This document shows positions 43,792 through 53,118 of a stretch of 64,000 nucleotides of DNA, in pieces. The notes beneath the pieces are model-generated. The model ran no database searches. It was not told the origin of the DNA and worked only from the letters and a program-made list of their open reading frames with translations. The position numbers were made by a program, and so were the translations under genes. The DNA is from a virus. The stretch is taken from IMG/VR virus record IMGVR_UViG_3300044729_001198, positions 96,001 to 160,000 of that record; one strand, written 5' to 3'. Each line of letters opens with the position of its first letter. Position 1 is the first letter of the stretch.

Positions 43792-46314
43792 TTAAAATCC
43801 AAAAAATTGTGATGCTTTTTCAAGATTTGGGTTTGGTTTATCCCAACCCATAGCATCGTAGAAGTCGGTAATCTTGTTTTCCAACTCTTTTTCCCAAATC
43901 AAGTCCACATCGATGTGTTGACGAATCATGTCTTCAATTTGAGTTGGGTCGTTATGACCGGTGAAAGCCGTTGCCTCAATTCCAAGTGGGTTCTTTTTAA
44001 GATATACCCATTTGATTTTATCACCATCCTTCATAGGTTCATATTTGTAAGGAGCATCAAAGAATTTCAACAATCGATTGTACGTTATAGCAGCCTTAAC
44101 GTGTGCTGGTGTACCTTTCTCAAACTCATTCAAAGAATATACGTTTCGCTTCTTGATATACTTTGACATATCTTTCACAGCAGAGTTCTTTGCGATATCC
44201 ACGAAATTTTGGTCTGACATCTTGTCTTTGAACTCAATAATCTTTGCGTCAATTTCTGATTTGTTAACACCTTTTAGGATATCCAACAACACAGTCTCCA
44301 TTACCTTTTTAAAATATGTTGGGAATGATGACCTACGAACATCCAATCCTTTTACATCCATCTTATCACACGGAACAGTATTGTCGTTGATAATCCATTG
44401 AGCATATCTTTTCTTTGATACCCAAAATCCACCTTTTGCAATAGTTTCTTGTTTGATGTCAAATCGGTGAGAATTCACATTGAACAATTTTTTAGACATT
44501 GTGTCATAGACCTTGTTGATGTGTTCTTGAACTTCTTTAGCTACCGACAAAATAGCGGGAACCATTTGTTCATCGGATGTGGGGTCAATATCTGGATTTC
44601 TGGCTTGAACCAATGGTAGTGCTTGATAAAACACGGAGTCGGTATCGGTATACACGTTATAGTCTCCATCCTTACCAATGATTTTTGTGTAGTATTGGTT
44701 AGCTATCTTTTCAGTAGTCTTAATTACAGTTTGACCGGTGATAGTGGTAGCTTCAGCATTATCCACATCGTAGAATCTAAACGATGGTAATCCCAATACC
44801 CCATACAATGAGTTCAACATAATCTTTTGAACTAACTGACGTTGGGAATAAAATTTGTAAAGGTCGGTCTTACCTTCCTTACCATATTGTTTTTCCAACT
44901 TTCGATACTCAACACGTTTATCAAACCACACATTTAAGATTTCAGGTATAACCCCAATCTTGTCTTGGGTGTATAAAACACCATTTGATGAAATTGAATA
45001 GTTAGATTCTTGGATTAGCTTTTGAAACTGTTCTTTATTCAAAGGTGGATATTGTGTACCATTTTCTTCGACAATTACATAAGACTCAATCATGTCTTTC
45101 ATATAATCCTCTGAAGAGAATGATTTTAACTTACCAATCTTGGTTTCGGGGCTAACATTCAATGTCATAATGATAGATGGATATAGAGATGTCAAGTCCA
45201 AGTCATATACCCACTTGTAAAGACCAGGTTTTGGTTCTTTAACATAAGCACCTGTAAACTTTTCTTCACCATCAGTACCATCCTCATTTTTATCAGCTCT
45301 ATGAGGTTTGTCAGGAGCAACACGGCCGCTCCTACGCAAGAACGTCAAGATAGCACCTTCTAACCATTTTGATGAGAATAAGAAATCTTCATAGAAAACG
45401 TGACCGGCGTGACAAATCGCTTGAGCAAGTTCAATGAACTGAAGTTTTTTATCCATGTCTACCACCAACTCAACGTCAACCAAGTTGTACTCAATGAATT
45501 TTTCAATGTCATCACGGAACAATTGGTCAAGATTACCCTTGTATTCAATTTTACCACGACCCAATACGATATTAGCGATGGTGTCCAATCGATAGTTAGG
45601 GAATTCTTGGTAGGTAAAGTTTTTGTAGAGAGCCAAGTAGTCCAAACAACTCACCCCAGCAATGATATAACGATTACGATATTTGTTGTACCCAATCTTA
45701 CCAATAGGCGATAGTTTGTTTGCCATTCGTTCACCCACAACATTCTTGAGTCGATTGTACAAATATGTAATATCAAAGTAGTCAATATTCCAACCCGTTA
45801 CAATTGTTGGATTAATTTCTTGCCACTTGTTTAAGAATGATACCAATAGGTCTTCTTCAGTATCGAATGAACGAACCTCGGCTCCTTTAATACGTTTGTT
45901 AATATTACCACCCTTACTTACAACATATACAAAGTAATCGTTTGTAACCGAATCATGTCCTGCGATTGATGTAATCTCATTTTCAGCTTTATTGATATCT
46001 GGAAGACCAGAATTCATCTCAACCTCAATATCGAATGTCAAGACTGTATGACCTGTAGATACTTCATCTGAATCGCCATACTCGTCAATCAAGAAACGAG
46101 TTACCTCGTTCACATCAGATTCGTATAGTTTTAGATTATCTTCTTTTTTCCAAAAGTTTATCTTTTTAAGACGCTCTCCGTGAATAGAAGTAAAAGCACC
46201 ACTCCCATCTCTAACATAAGCATATCTACGGTACTTACTTGTAAAATAACCCTTTTTGTCATCCCAACAATGGATGATACTTTGTTCCTTATCATAGTAT
46301 ACATTTTGATACAT
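43792..46314 (-). CDS. polB: Family B DNA polymerase (T4 gp43-like)
   Basis: Exo I FDIEVE; motif A YDLDLTSLYPS; motif B KIMLNSLYG; motif C YTDTDS. Confidence 0.97.
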   Translation of the reverse strand: MYQNVYYDKEQSIIHCWDDKKGYFTSKYRRYAYVRDGSGAFTSIHGERLKKINFWKKEDNLKLYESDVNEVTRFLIDEYGDSDEVSTGHTVLTFDIEVEMNSGLPDINKAENEITSIAGHDSVTNDYFVYVVSKGGNINKRIKGAEVRSFDTEEDLLVSFLNKWQEINPTIVTGWNIDYFDITYLYNRLKNVVGERMANKLSPIGKIGYNKYRNRYIIAGVSCLDYLALYKNFTYQEFPNYRLDTIANIVLGRGKIEYKGNLDQLFRDDIEKFIEYNLVDVELVVDMDKKLQFIELAQAICHAGHVFYEDFLFSSKWLEGAILTFLRRSGRVAPDKPHRADKNEDGTDGEEKFTGAYVKEPKPGLYKWVYDLDLTSLYPSIIMTLNVSPETKIGKLKSFSSEDYMKDMIESYVIVEENGTQYPPLNKEQFQKLIQESNYSISSNGVLYTQDKIGVIPEILNVWFDKRVEYRKLEKQYGKEGKTDLYKFYSQRQLVQKIMLNSLYGVLGLPSFRFYDVDNAEATTITGQTVIKTTEKIANQYYTKIIGKDGDYNVYTDTDSVFYQALPLVQARNPDIDPTSDEQMVPAILSVAKEVQEHINKVYDTMSKKLFNVNSHRFDIKQETIAKGGFWVSKKRYAQWIINDNTVPCDKMDVKGLDVRRSSFPTYFKKVMETVLLDILKGVNKSEIDAKIIEFKDKMSDQNFVDIAKNSAVKDMSKYIKKRNVYSLNEFEKGTPAHVKAAITYNRLLKFFDAPYKYEPMKDGDKIKWVYLKKNPLGIEATAFTGHNDPTQIEDMIRQHIDVDLIWEKELENKITDFYDAMGWDKPNPNLEKASQFFGF

Positions 46315-47447
46315 TATCCGTTTAGTTTTTTATGTAATTCTTGAATCATCTTGTCTTCGTTCAAAGATAGCTCCATTGCTCTTTGAAGTGACAATTTGTC
46401 TTGTTCTTGTCTGAATGTGTCATCATCCAACATTTTATCTAAATACGCAAAGAATTCTTTCTTGGTCTTAAAGAACATTCCGTTTGGGTCAATCTCATAG
46501 TAACAATCAGATTCTTGCCAAATCATTGGAGTTCCGTTCATCATACAATCCGTACCACTAACCGACCACCCATAGTTGGTTTGTCTCATCTGAACCCCAA
46601 CCTTACAATTCTGAAGTCGTTGATAGTATTCGTGTTTTGGAACTTTTGTGTTGTCAATCCACGAGTGTGGAGCGTCACCTACTAATTGTGGAATCCAAAC
46701 ATTGAAGTCTTGTCGTTGTGTACGATACTCTTCCATCAATTCAATAAACTTTGGATATCCTTTGTATGCGGCCGCTCGATGGTTGAATACGATGGTATTT
46801 TCTTTTGAAAGTTTTACATCACCAACTATTTTATCTTGAGGTACACCCAAATTCCATACCTTTAAAATACCATCTAATTTTTGAACAAACTCATGGTTAA
46901 AAGTCTCCATTGCCTCATTTAAAACTCTATCTTTTTGGTCTTGGGTGTTAAGATAACAGACATCCATTTGTGATACTCCAAGGATTTCTATTGGTAACCA
47001 CAACCATTTAGCTTTTCCAGCTCTATTGTCAGGCCCATTACATGACTTCATTTCCCACCAATGACAATAACCTACAATTTTAGTGTCCATTGATTTCTTG
47101 TATCTACCCACTTGCGGCCAGTCCGGTAAATGTGAGTAGATTACATCATAATCAATGTCTTTCAGTAGGTTGATTAGTTTTGGAGATGGGAATGACCTCT
47201 GATTCATCATATCACCGGGAATATCAATCTGATGTTGCTTGACGTTTGGCAAGTTCAACTTCTTACTGATTTTACCACTTGGCATGAGTATGTTCCAATA
47301 ATACTCACCATATGATTCTAATGCTTTGATATGATTATGTATCACATCTACAAAAGAATCTTTATCAATATTAGAAGAGTTGGTGATGTTCGGTATCACC
47401 AACACTTTCCGTGCTTTATTATAATCTATACTATCCCAAAAACTCAT
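46314..47447 (-). CDS. GT-B glycosyltransferase, candidate DNA glycosyltransferase
   Basis: VFNHRAAAYKGYPKF, DCMMNGTP; translationally coupled to the DNA polymerase. Confidence 0.6.
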   Translation of the reverse strand: MSFWDSIDYNKARKVLVIPNITNSSNIDKDSFVDVIHNHIKALESYGEYYWNILMPSGKISKKLNLPNVKQHQIDIPGDMMNQRSFPSPKLINLLKDIDYDVIYSHLPDWPQVGRYKKSMDTKIVGYCHWWEMKSCNGPDNRAGKAKWLWLPIEILGVSQMDVCYLNTQDQKDRVLNEAMETFNHEFVQKLDGILKVWNLGVPQDKIVGDVKLSKENTIVFNHRAAAYKGYPKFIELMEEYRTQRQDFNVWIPQLVGDAPHSWIDNTKVPKHEYYQRLQNCKVGVQMRQTNYGWSVSGTDCMMNGTPMIWQESDCYYEIDPNGMFFKTKKEFFAYLDKMLDDDTFRQEQDKLSLQRAMELSLNEDKMIQELHKKLNG

Positions 47448-47451
47448 TTAC

Positions 47452-47483
47452 CTAATATACAAAATAATTTTTACATTTACAAA
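47452..47483 (-). promoter_or_regulatory. Bacteroidota-type promoter (variant)
   Basis: TTTG-N20-TATATTAG. Confidence 0.7.
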
Positions 47484-47876
47484 TCAGACCATTGGAAATC
47501 CAACAGCTGAATTTGTCGTTGAACGATATTGTGGTGCGTTTGAACTCCAACCTTTTGAGTGATTACTAAAAGGCCGGCTACCAAATGAATTAGCTACCAT
47601 TGGTGACGGTTGTCCAATACTATCCCAACTACTTTCAAACTTTTCAACAACAGTACCCTCTTTAAATGTAATCGTTGACTCATCAAACGAATCTAACATT
47701 TTCATAGATACTTTACGAAACACATTCTTCCGCTCTGGCTTAATTACTTCAATGAATAAAAGTGAACGTACTTTAACACGACATACTTTTAAATTCATTG
47801 AGAACAATACACCTTTAACAGGTATAACCACCTTTACAATTTTACCTTGAAGTTCTGATAATTCCATACTCATCAT
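47484..47876 (-). CDS. Hypothetical protein
   Basis: ORF from MMSMEL, downstream of a promoter. Confidence 0.55.
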   Translation of the reverse strand: MMSMELSELQGKIVKVVIPVKGVLFSMNLKVCRVKVRSLLFIEVIKPERKNVFRKVSMKMLDSFDESTITFKEGTVVEKFESSWDSIGQPSPMVANSFGSRPFSNHSKGWSSNAPQYRSTTNSAVGFPMV

Positions 47877-47888
47877 ATTATTACTATA

Positions 47889-47920
47889 CAAAGATAAGGA
47901 ATTAATTTGACATATACAAG
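47889..47920 (-). promoter_or_regulatory. Bacteroidota-type promoter
   Basis: CTTG-N20-TATCTTTG. Confidence 0.7.
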
Positions 47921-47925
47921 CCTTT

Positions 47926-48720
47926 TTACCAAAAGTTTACTTTATTTTCCGGCTCGTAAGTTTCGTATCGTTCTGCCTTTGGTAGAATATCATTGATATC
48001 TTTTGGTGGAGTTTCACATGGGTGTTTCAAAGAATTCAACAACTTTTTCTTTTCAGACTTGTTCGTTGGTAGAATTTGAATGTATCGTAGTTTGGACATT
48101 TCTTTTCTACGCCAGAACTCTTTATACCCATCCTTACCAATTTCAGTTTTGAGGTGTTCCAAGTTATGTGACCCCCAACGTGAGAATACAGTCCGTGAAT
48201 GAATGTACTGACCATCCTCACCTTCCAAACAAATTCCATAATTTGGCATTAATTGTATTTTGTTTGTATCTTGAAATAACCAATTCGTAGCACGATAGAT
48301 ACCACCCAAGTGACCTTGGAACGGGTCTGAATATGATAGTAACATTTTGATATTTGGAGCGTGTTCTCTCATCCACTTAAATGTTTGACCCAAAGCGTAT
48401 GATTCAATATTAGACCCATACCCATCGTGAATGAACAATCGAGTCAACTCTAAACATTGGTCATTACCCAACCCATCAATTATTGAGGTTACAGCCGACC
48501 TGCCAACAGGAAATCCATAGACAGCAACACCAATCAGTTTTTCATCATTACCAAGAATGTCTTTCTCATCGGTTTTGTAAAACACACCCAATGCGTATCT
48601 ACACATGGTCCAAGCGTGCGAATAGTGATACGTTACAATCATATCTTTTGCAATCGCTTTGTTAATCTCACGAATTGATACTCGTGAGGTGTCCACATAA
48701 TGTTTATTTTCCTGTTTCAA
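47926..48720 (-). CDS. mom: Mom-like DNA modification protein 2
   Basis: YHYS...AVYGFPVGR...LELTRLF..DGYG.NIES...SYSDP..GHLG.IYRATNW; probable TTG start at 48720. Confidence 0.8.
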   Translation of the reverse strand: MKQENKHYVDTSRVSIREINKAIAKDMIVTYHYSHAWTMCRYALGVFYKTDEKDILGNDEKLIGVAVYGFPVGRSAVTSIIDGLGNDQCLELTRLFIHDGYGSNIESYALGQTFKWMREHAPNIKMLLSYSDPFQGHLGGIYRATNWLFQDTNKIQLMPNYGICLEGEDGQYIHSRTVFSRWGSHNLEHLKTEIGKDGYKEFWRRKEMSKLRYIQILPTNKSEKKKLLNSLKHPCETPPKDINDILPKAERYETYEPENKVNFW

Positions 48721-49330
48721 AATTAAAAAAATGAGAATGGGTAGTAGTTGAACTTTCGATGAAACTAGCCAAAAAGTCATGTAGTTTATAGTATGGTTTA
48801 ACGATATTAGACCATTTATAATTTACTTCTTGATGCTGTACATCTTTGTCACATTCAATCTTGTCGTTGTTTACAAAAATTACATTTTCAATACCAGCAG
48901 GTAACATTCTTAAATATTTTGAATTTCCTGTACATAAAACACCTTTACTGTCTTTCGTAATCACAATATATTTTATACCCATTTTATGGTATCTCTCAAT
49001 GTGTAGAATGGAAGCATATGCTGAATTGTCTTGGAATGATGATTTTGATGATAGTATAAGTTGAACTTTTCCAAATGGGTCAATCAATACAAAATCAACA
49101 TCGGGAATATCACCATTCCATGCAATTTGTTTAAAAATTTCACTTGTTGGTTTTGTACTACCTATGTGTACAATATCCCATCCGGAGTACCACCTTAAAA
49201 TTCTCGTAACATCATCAACGAGATATTTTTCAAGAGCATCGCCTCTTAATTTAAGAATAGAACCTAAATGGCTCATTGCGTCTTTTTCTTCGGGTTTAAT
49301 TAAATCGCCTAATAATTCTACTCCTGTCAT
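48704..49330 (-). CDS. Restriction-endonuclease-like PD-(D/E)XK protein
   Basis: IPDVDFVL...ILSSKSSFQD...KYIVITKD resembles type II REase active-site motifs. Confidence 0.5.
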   Translation of the reverse strand: MTGVELLGDLIKPEEKDAMSHLGSILKLRGDALEKYLVDDVTRILRWYSGWDIVHIGSTKPTSEIFKQIAWNGDIPDVDFVLIDPFGKVQLILSSKSSFQDNSAYASILHIERYHKMGIKYIVITKDSKGVLCTGNSKYLRMLPAGIENVIFVNNDKIECDKDVQHQEVNYKWSNIVKPYYKLHDFLASFIESSTTTHSHFFNFETGK

Positions 49331-50082
49331 TTTACAATTGGTTCTAATTTATGTATCTCTTCTTCAAAGACCTCACTTACTTTTGGATATGGTAGTGATG
49401 GATACTTCAATGTATCAAATATACGATTTTTTTTCGACTTATCCAAAATATAAACATATCTATGTTTCCTTGGTTCTTTTTTAATCCAAAATGGTTTATC
49501 TACCATTTCTTGTATTTTTGTAGGATTGTTTGTACCATATCTAACAAACGAAGTTCTACTATGATGCCATTCATCGGTTTCATCCCATTTGAATGACCAC
49601 GAATCATTGGGTCGGATTCTATTACCTTGATATATCCAATTTGTAGACTGATACACAGTACCCAAGTGTCCTACTTTAGGGTCTGAATATGATACCAATG
49701 CTCTAATGTGTGGTACGTTTTGACGTAACCATTTAAAGGTCTGGCTTACAAACCAACTTTCAATGTTACAACCATAACCATCAAATACAAATAGTCGGGT
49801 CAACTCAAGGACTTCAGTTCGGTCAAGAAGTGGAGAAATGGATTGGCCGGAGTGTCTACCTACAGGATCTCCATAAGTAGCAACTCCGACCAACTCTTCA
49901 TTTACACCACTAAAAAATTGATGTTCACTTTCTGATTTGTAAAATAACCCAAGAGCATAAGATACCTTTGTCCAAATACCACTATAGTGATTGTTTACAA
50001 TGATATCTTTTGCAATTGATTTTGCGATAGGTCTTACCGAAAATTTACTTATGTCAGAATAAAGTTTACCTTCAACTTTCAT
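49327..50082 (-). CDS. mom: Mom-like DNA modification protein 3 (paralog of 2)
   Basis: NHYSG...ATYGDPVGR...LELTRLFVFDGYG.NIESW...SYSDP..GHLG.VYQSTNW. Confidence 0.8.
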   Translation of the reverse strand: MKVEGKLYSDISKFSVRPIAKSIAKDIIVNNHYSGIWTKVSYALGLFYKSESEHQFFSGVNEELVGVATYGDPVGRHSGQSISPLLDRTEVLELTRLFVFDGYGCNIESWFVSQTFKWLRQNVPHIRALVSYSDPKVGHLGTVYQSTNWIYQGNRIRPNDSWSFKWDETDEWHHSRTSFVRYGTNNPTKIQEMVDKPFWIKKEPRKHRYVYILDKSKKNRIFDTLKYPSLPYPKVSEVFEEEIHKLEPIVK

Positions 50083-50287
50083 ACGGCCAGTTTAGGATAT
50101 GAGTCCAAGTTTCACCTTTAACAATCTTACGGATGTTTGCAGGAGAAACGCCATGATTTCTGGCAAGGACTTTAATATTCCTATGACCAATAGCCCATAG
50201 TTTACGAATTGCTTTAACTTGCTCTTCAGTAAGTTTATGGGCTGGGTGTGATTCTCCTCGTAACGACATCCTAAACCTTTTCATCAA
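50072..50287 (-). CDS. Stand-alone HTH protein (type usually fused to HNH endonucleases)
   Basis: GESHPAHKLTEEQVKAIR...LARNHGVS...I..IVKGETWTHI. Confidence 0.7.
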   Translation of the reverse strand: MMKRFRMSLRGESHPAHKLTEEQVKAIRKLWAIGHRNIKVLARNHGVSPANIRKIVKGETWTHILNWPYES

Positions 50288-50705
50288 ATTCTATTTGCAT
50301 CTGACCTTCGCCACTTTTCCAAGCATCATGAATAATCTTATCGATGTTTGGTTTAAAGTAGTTAGGTCCTTTCATAACTTTTCCATCTTCACGATAGATG
50401 GGTTTGCCATCCTCACCCAACTTTGACATATTTGACCGATGGACTTCATCAAATATGGTTACGATTGTATCTTGCATACCATGAACTAACATAGTTCCCA
50501 ACAAAATGTAAAGTTGGTCAGCAAGAGCATCAGCAATACCAACTGGGTCATCATTTTGATTTGCTTCGAGATATTCATCCAACTCTTCCTTACCAAGTCG
50601 GTATCTTAATTGAGCAAGTTCATCCGATTGAGCACAGGGTGATTTTTCAATTGGGTGTCCAAATACACTATGGAACTCTTTAAGTTGTTCTAATTGTTCT
50701 ATCAT
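50271..50705 (-). CDS. MazG-like / PRA-PH-like NTP pyrophosphohydrolase
   Basis: EELDEY...IADALAD.LY...EVHRSNMSK...REDGKVMKGPNY. Confidence 0.85.
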   Translation of the reverse strand: MIEQLEQLKEFHSVFGHPIEKSPCAQSDELAQLRYRLGKEELDEYLEANQNDDPVGIADALADQLYILLGTMLVHGMQDTIVTIFDEVHRSNMSKLGEDGKPIYREDGKVMKGPNYFKPNIDKIIHDAWKSGEGQMQIEFDEKV

Positions 50706-50710
50706 AACCA

Positions 50711-50742
50711 CTAATATACGAATTTATTTTTAATTTTCCAAG
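50711..50742 (-). promoter_or_regulatory. Bacteroidota-type promoter (variant)
   Basis: CTTG-N20-TATATTAG. Confidence 0.6.
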
Positions 50743-51962
50743 ACATTTGCTAAATTTTTTGCGTCTACGATGTTATCCTCTATTGAACAATATGTCCAAG
50801 AACCATATCTACCTATGGAGTATATTCCCAATTTATTATAATCTAAACACCAACTATTATATAGTTGTTTTGATTCTTTTGTAATATGTACATATGCTGG
50901 GTTCATAACTAAAAACTGATAATCAACGAGGTCATGAGTATCAACAATATTTACACGTTCTAAATCTTTCAGAACCATTTTTAACAAAACACCCTCATCT
51001 ATAAGTTGGGTTTCAGACAAACCAATCTCAACATATAAACTCATTTTTTCATGTCCCAAAATATTATTGTAAAACCCAACTCTGTAAAAAACCTCTGAAC
51101 CCGGAAAGTATCTCCAATGTGTTTTTATAGAAGTACCTTTGTCAAATCCTAAATTAAAAACAGCTACCTTATTAGAAGATAGATTATCAAATTTACGATT
51201 GGATAATTTTAAAAGATTTTTAAATGGAATTGTACTTACAAGATTTTCAAATTGAATCTTTTCTCCTGAATTTGTAGTTACAATCTTATCATCATAGTCT
51301 ATCGATGATATTGTAGTATTTAATTGAATCTTTGATTCATCTACCCGTTTTAGTATAGATTTTATATACTCGTAGCTACCACCGGTTGGATATATGAACG
51401 TGTCATTGTATGATTTTGATTTTTTCGAGTCTCGTAACTCATCGAAGCTAACCATTTTTGGAAAAAACCGACCCATAGAATCGGATTCAAGTTCATCGAG
51501 ATTACAAGCATATAATTTTTCATTATACGGAATTACAAACCTATCACAAATAGCAGCACCAAGGGATGATTTAACGTATGATTTAAATGTAGAATTATCA
51601 ATCTCTTTACATTTTTCCAAGTCTTCCAAACATTGATGATATTCAGCATTACTTAACTGATGAATGTTATGTTGAAATGGAAAATCTATAATTTGATAGT
51701 TGTAGTAAATATCAGTAATTTTTTCAACTTCTAACAAATCACATTCTATGTTTTCTAAAACATAGTTTTTAATTTCTTCGTTTTTAAAGTGAAAGAAATG
51801 ACCAGAATAATCCCAAACATAATCACCTCGCTTTTCGGTTTTGCAATAACCACCAAGTTCGGAGTCTTTTTCTAAAATGAGATAATCTCTCTTTGACAAA
51901 TACGAAGCCAAAGAGAGACCGGTCACCCCACCACCGATAATTAGTACATCAGTTTTTTTCAT
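50730..51962 (-). CDS. FAD-dependent oxidoreductase (UDP-galactopyranose mutase/HemG-like fold)
   Basis: IIGGGVTGLS, LEK..ELGG.C.T, WDYSGH, SIGRYGSWTY. Confidence 0.8.
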   Translation of the reverse strand: MKKTDVLIIGGGVTGLSLASYLSKRDYLILEKDSELGGYCKTEKRGDYVWDYSGHFFHFKNEEIKNYVLENIECDLLEVEKITDIYYNYQIIDFPFQHNIHQLSNAEYHQCLEDLEKCKEIDNSTFKSYVKSSLGAAICDRFVIPYNEKLYACNLDELESDSMGRFFPKMVSFDELRDSKKSKSYNDTFIYPTGGSYEYIKSILKRVDESKIQLNTTISSIDYDDKIVTTNSGEKIQFENLVSTIPFKNLLKLSNRKFDNLSSNKVAVFNLGFDKGTSIKTHWRYFPGSEVFYRVGFYNNILGHEKMSLYVEIGLSETQLIDEGVLLKMVLKDLERVNIVDTHDLVDYQFLVMNPAYVHITKESKQLYNSWCLDYNKLGIYSIGRYGSWTYCSIEDNIVDAKNLANVLEN

Positions 51963-53115
51963 CCAATTTGTTGTTGAAATGTTTTAGATTGTCAAAAAGT
52001 CTATCTTTTGAAGATTCAAACTCTGAATCGTTTAATATTTCTAACAAATAACCAATACCTTCTTCATATCTACCAGTCCAATAGCAAGAAACAGACAATT
52101 CATCATTTATGTACTTACCATACGCTTTTTCATTAATAAACAAAATGTATTTTGATTTTGCATTATCAAGGCTTAAAGTATGAGCTTTACTCAAATAGCC
52201 ATAAGCAAGTTCCCACTCACCGATAGAATTTAAATATCCACCCAAAGTCAAATATGGTTCGGCTCGGTCTGGAAACAAGTTTATGGCAGATTCCATTTCT
52301 ACAATAATTTCATTCAAATTACTTTGCAGTCTCATAAGACATACCGAACTTCTCATATGAGCCTCAAATACTTCTTCAATCCATACATTTTTTAATTTTA
52401 GATACAATCGATTCCATTGTAACGCTTCACGATACATACCATAGTCCATGTAACTTTGGGCTGTATAAAATACAGACCGACTATTCAACTCATCAGGATC
52501 ATTTACCAAAGTATCCCAAAATTGCTTTTGCAATCTTTCAGCATCATACAAATACTTTTTAGGGTCAAATGCTCGAGAACCAATACCTTCACCTGATATA
52601 TAAAATCCGCCATTTGACAAATCTCCGGTTGTATAATTTGGCTTGTCTAAATTCTTGATTGTAGTATGAGCTACACCACAAAATTTCCAACTATGATTAC
52701 CATTAAACATAATCAATGCTTTCCATTCTGAAGTACCACGTTTTACAGGAATAAAATAAGCGTCTCTAAAATCTATTGAAACATCATCAAAAACTTGTGC
52801 AAATTGAAAAGAAAAATCACCTACCAATAAGTCATCAGCATCAAGATGCATGATATAGTCGGCTTTACCTTTAGAACGCTCCATCATCAAAGTTTTATTG
52901 TGGTCAAAGCCCACCCACTCATCTTCATGTAATTCGCCGGGAATATTTCTATCTTTAAAAAATGATTTTACAAGTTCTATTGTTTTATCAGTAGAGCCGG
53001 TGTCACACACAATCCAATAATCGATGTGGTCAGCTACTGACTCCAATGTTTGTAAAATACAATGTTCTTCGTTTTTGCACATTGTAGCAAAAACTATAGT
53101 TGGTTTTTTTATCAT
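51949..53115 (-). CDS. GT2 glycosyltransferase with C-terminal TPR region
   Basis: TMCKNEE, DTGSTD, LDADD; helical TPR-like C-terminal half. Confidence 0.85.
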   Translation of the reverse strand: MIKKPTIVFATMCKNEEHCILQTLESVADHIDYWIVCDTGSTDKTIELVKSFFKDRNIPGELHEDEWVGFDHNKTLMMERSKGKADYIMHLDADDLLVGDFSFQFAQVFDDVSIDFRDAYFIPVKRGTSEWKALIMFNGNHSWKFCGVAHTTIKNLDKPNYTTGDLSNGGFYISGEGIGSRAFDPKKYLYDAERLQKQFWDTLVNDPDELNSRSVFYTAQSYMDYGMYREALQWNRLYLKLKNVWIEEVFEAHMRSSVCLMRLQSNLNEIIVEMESAINLFPDRAEPYLTLGGYLNSIGEWELAYGYLSKAHTLSLDNAKSKYILFINEKAYGKYINDELSVSCYWTGRYEEGIGYLLEILNDSEFESSKDRLFDNLKHFNNKLDEKN

Positions 53116-53118
53116 AAC

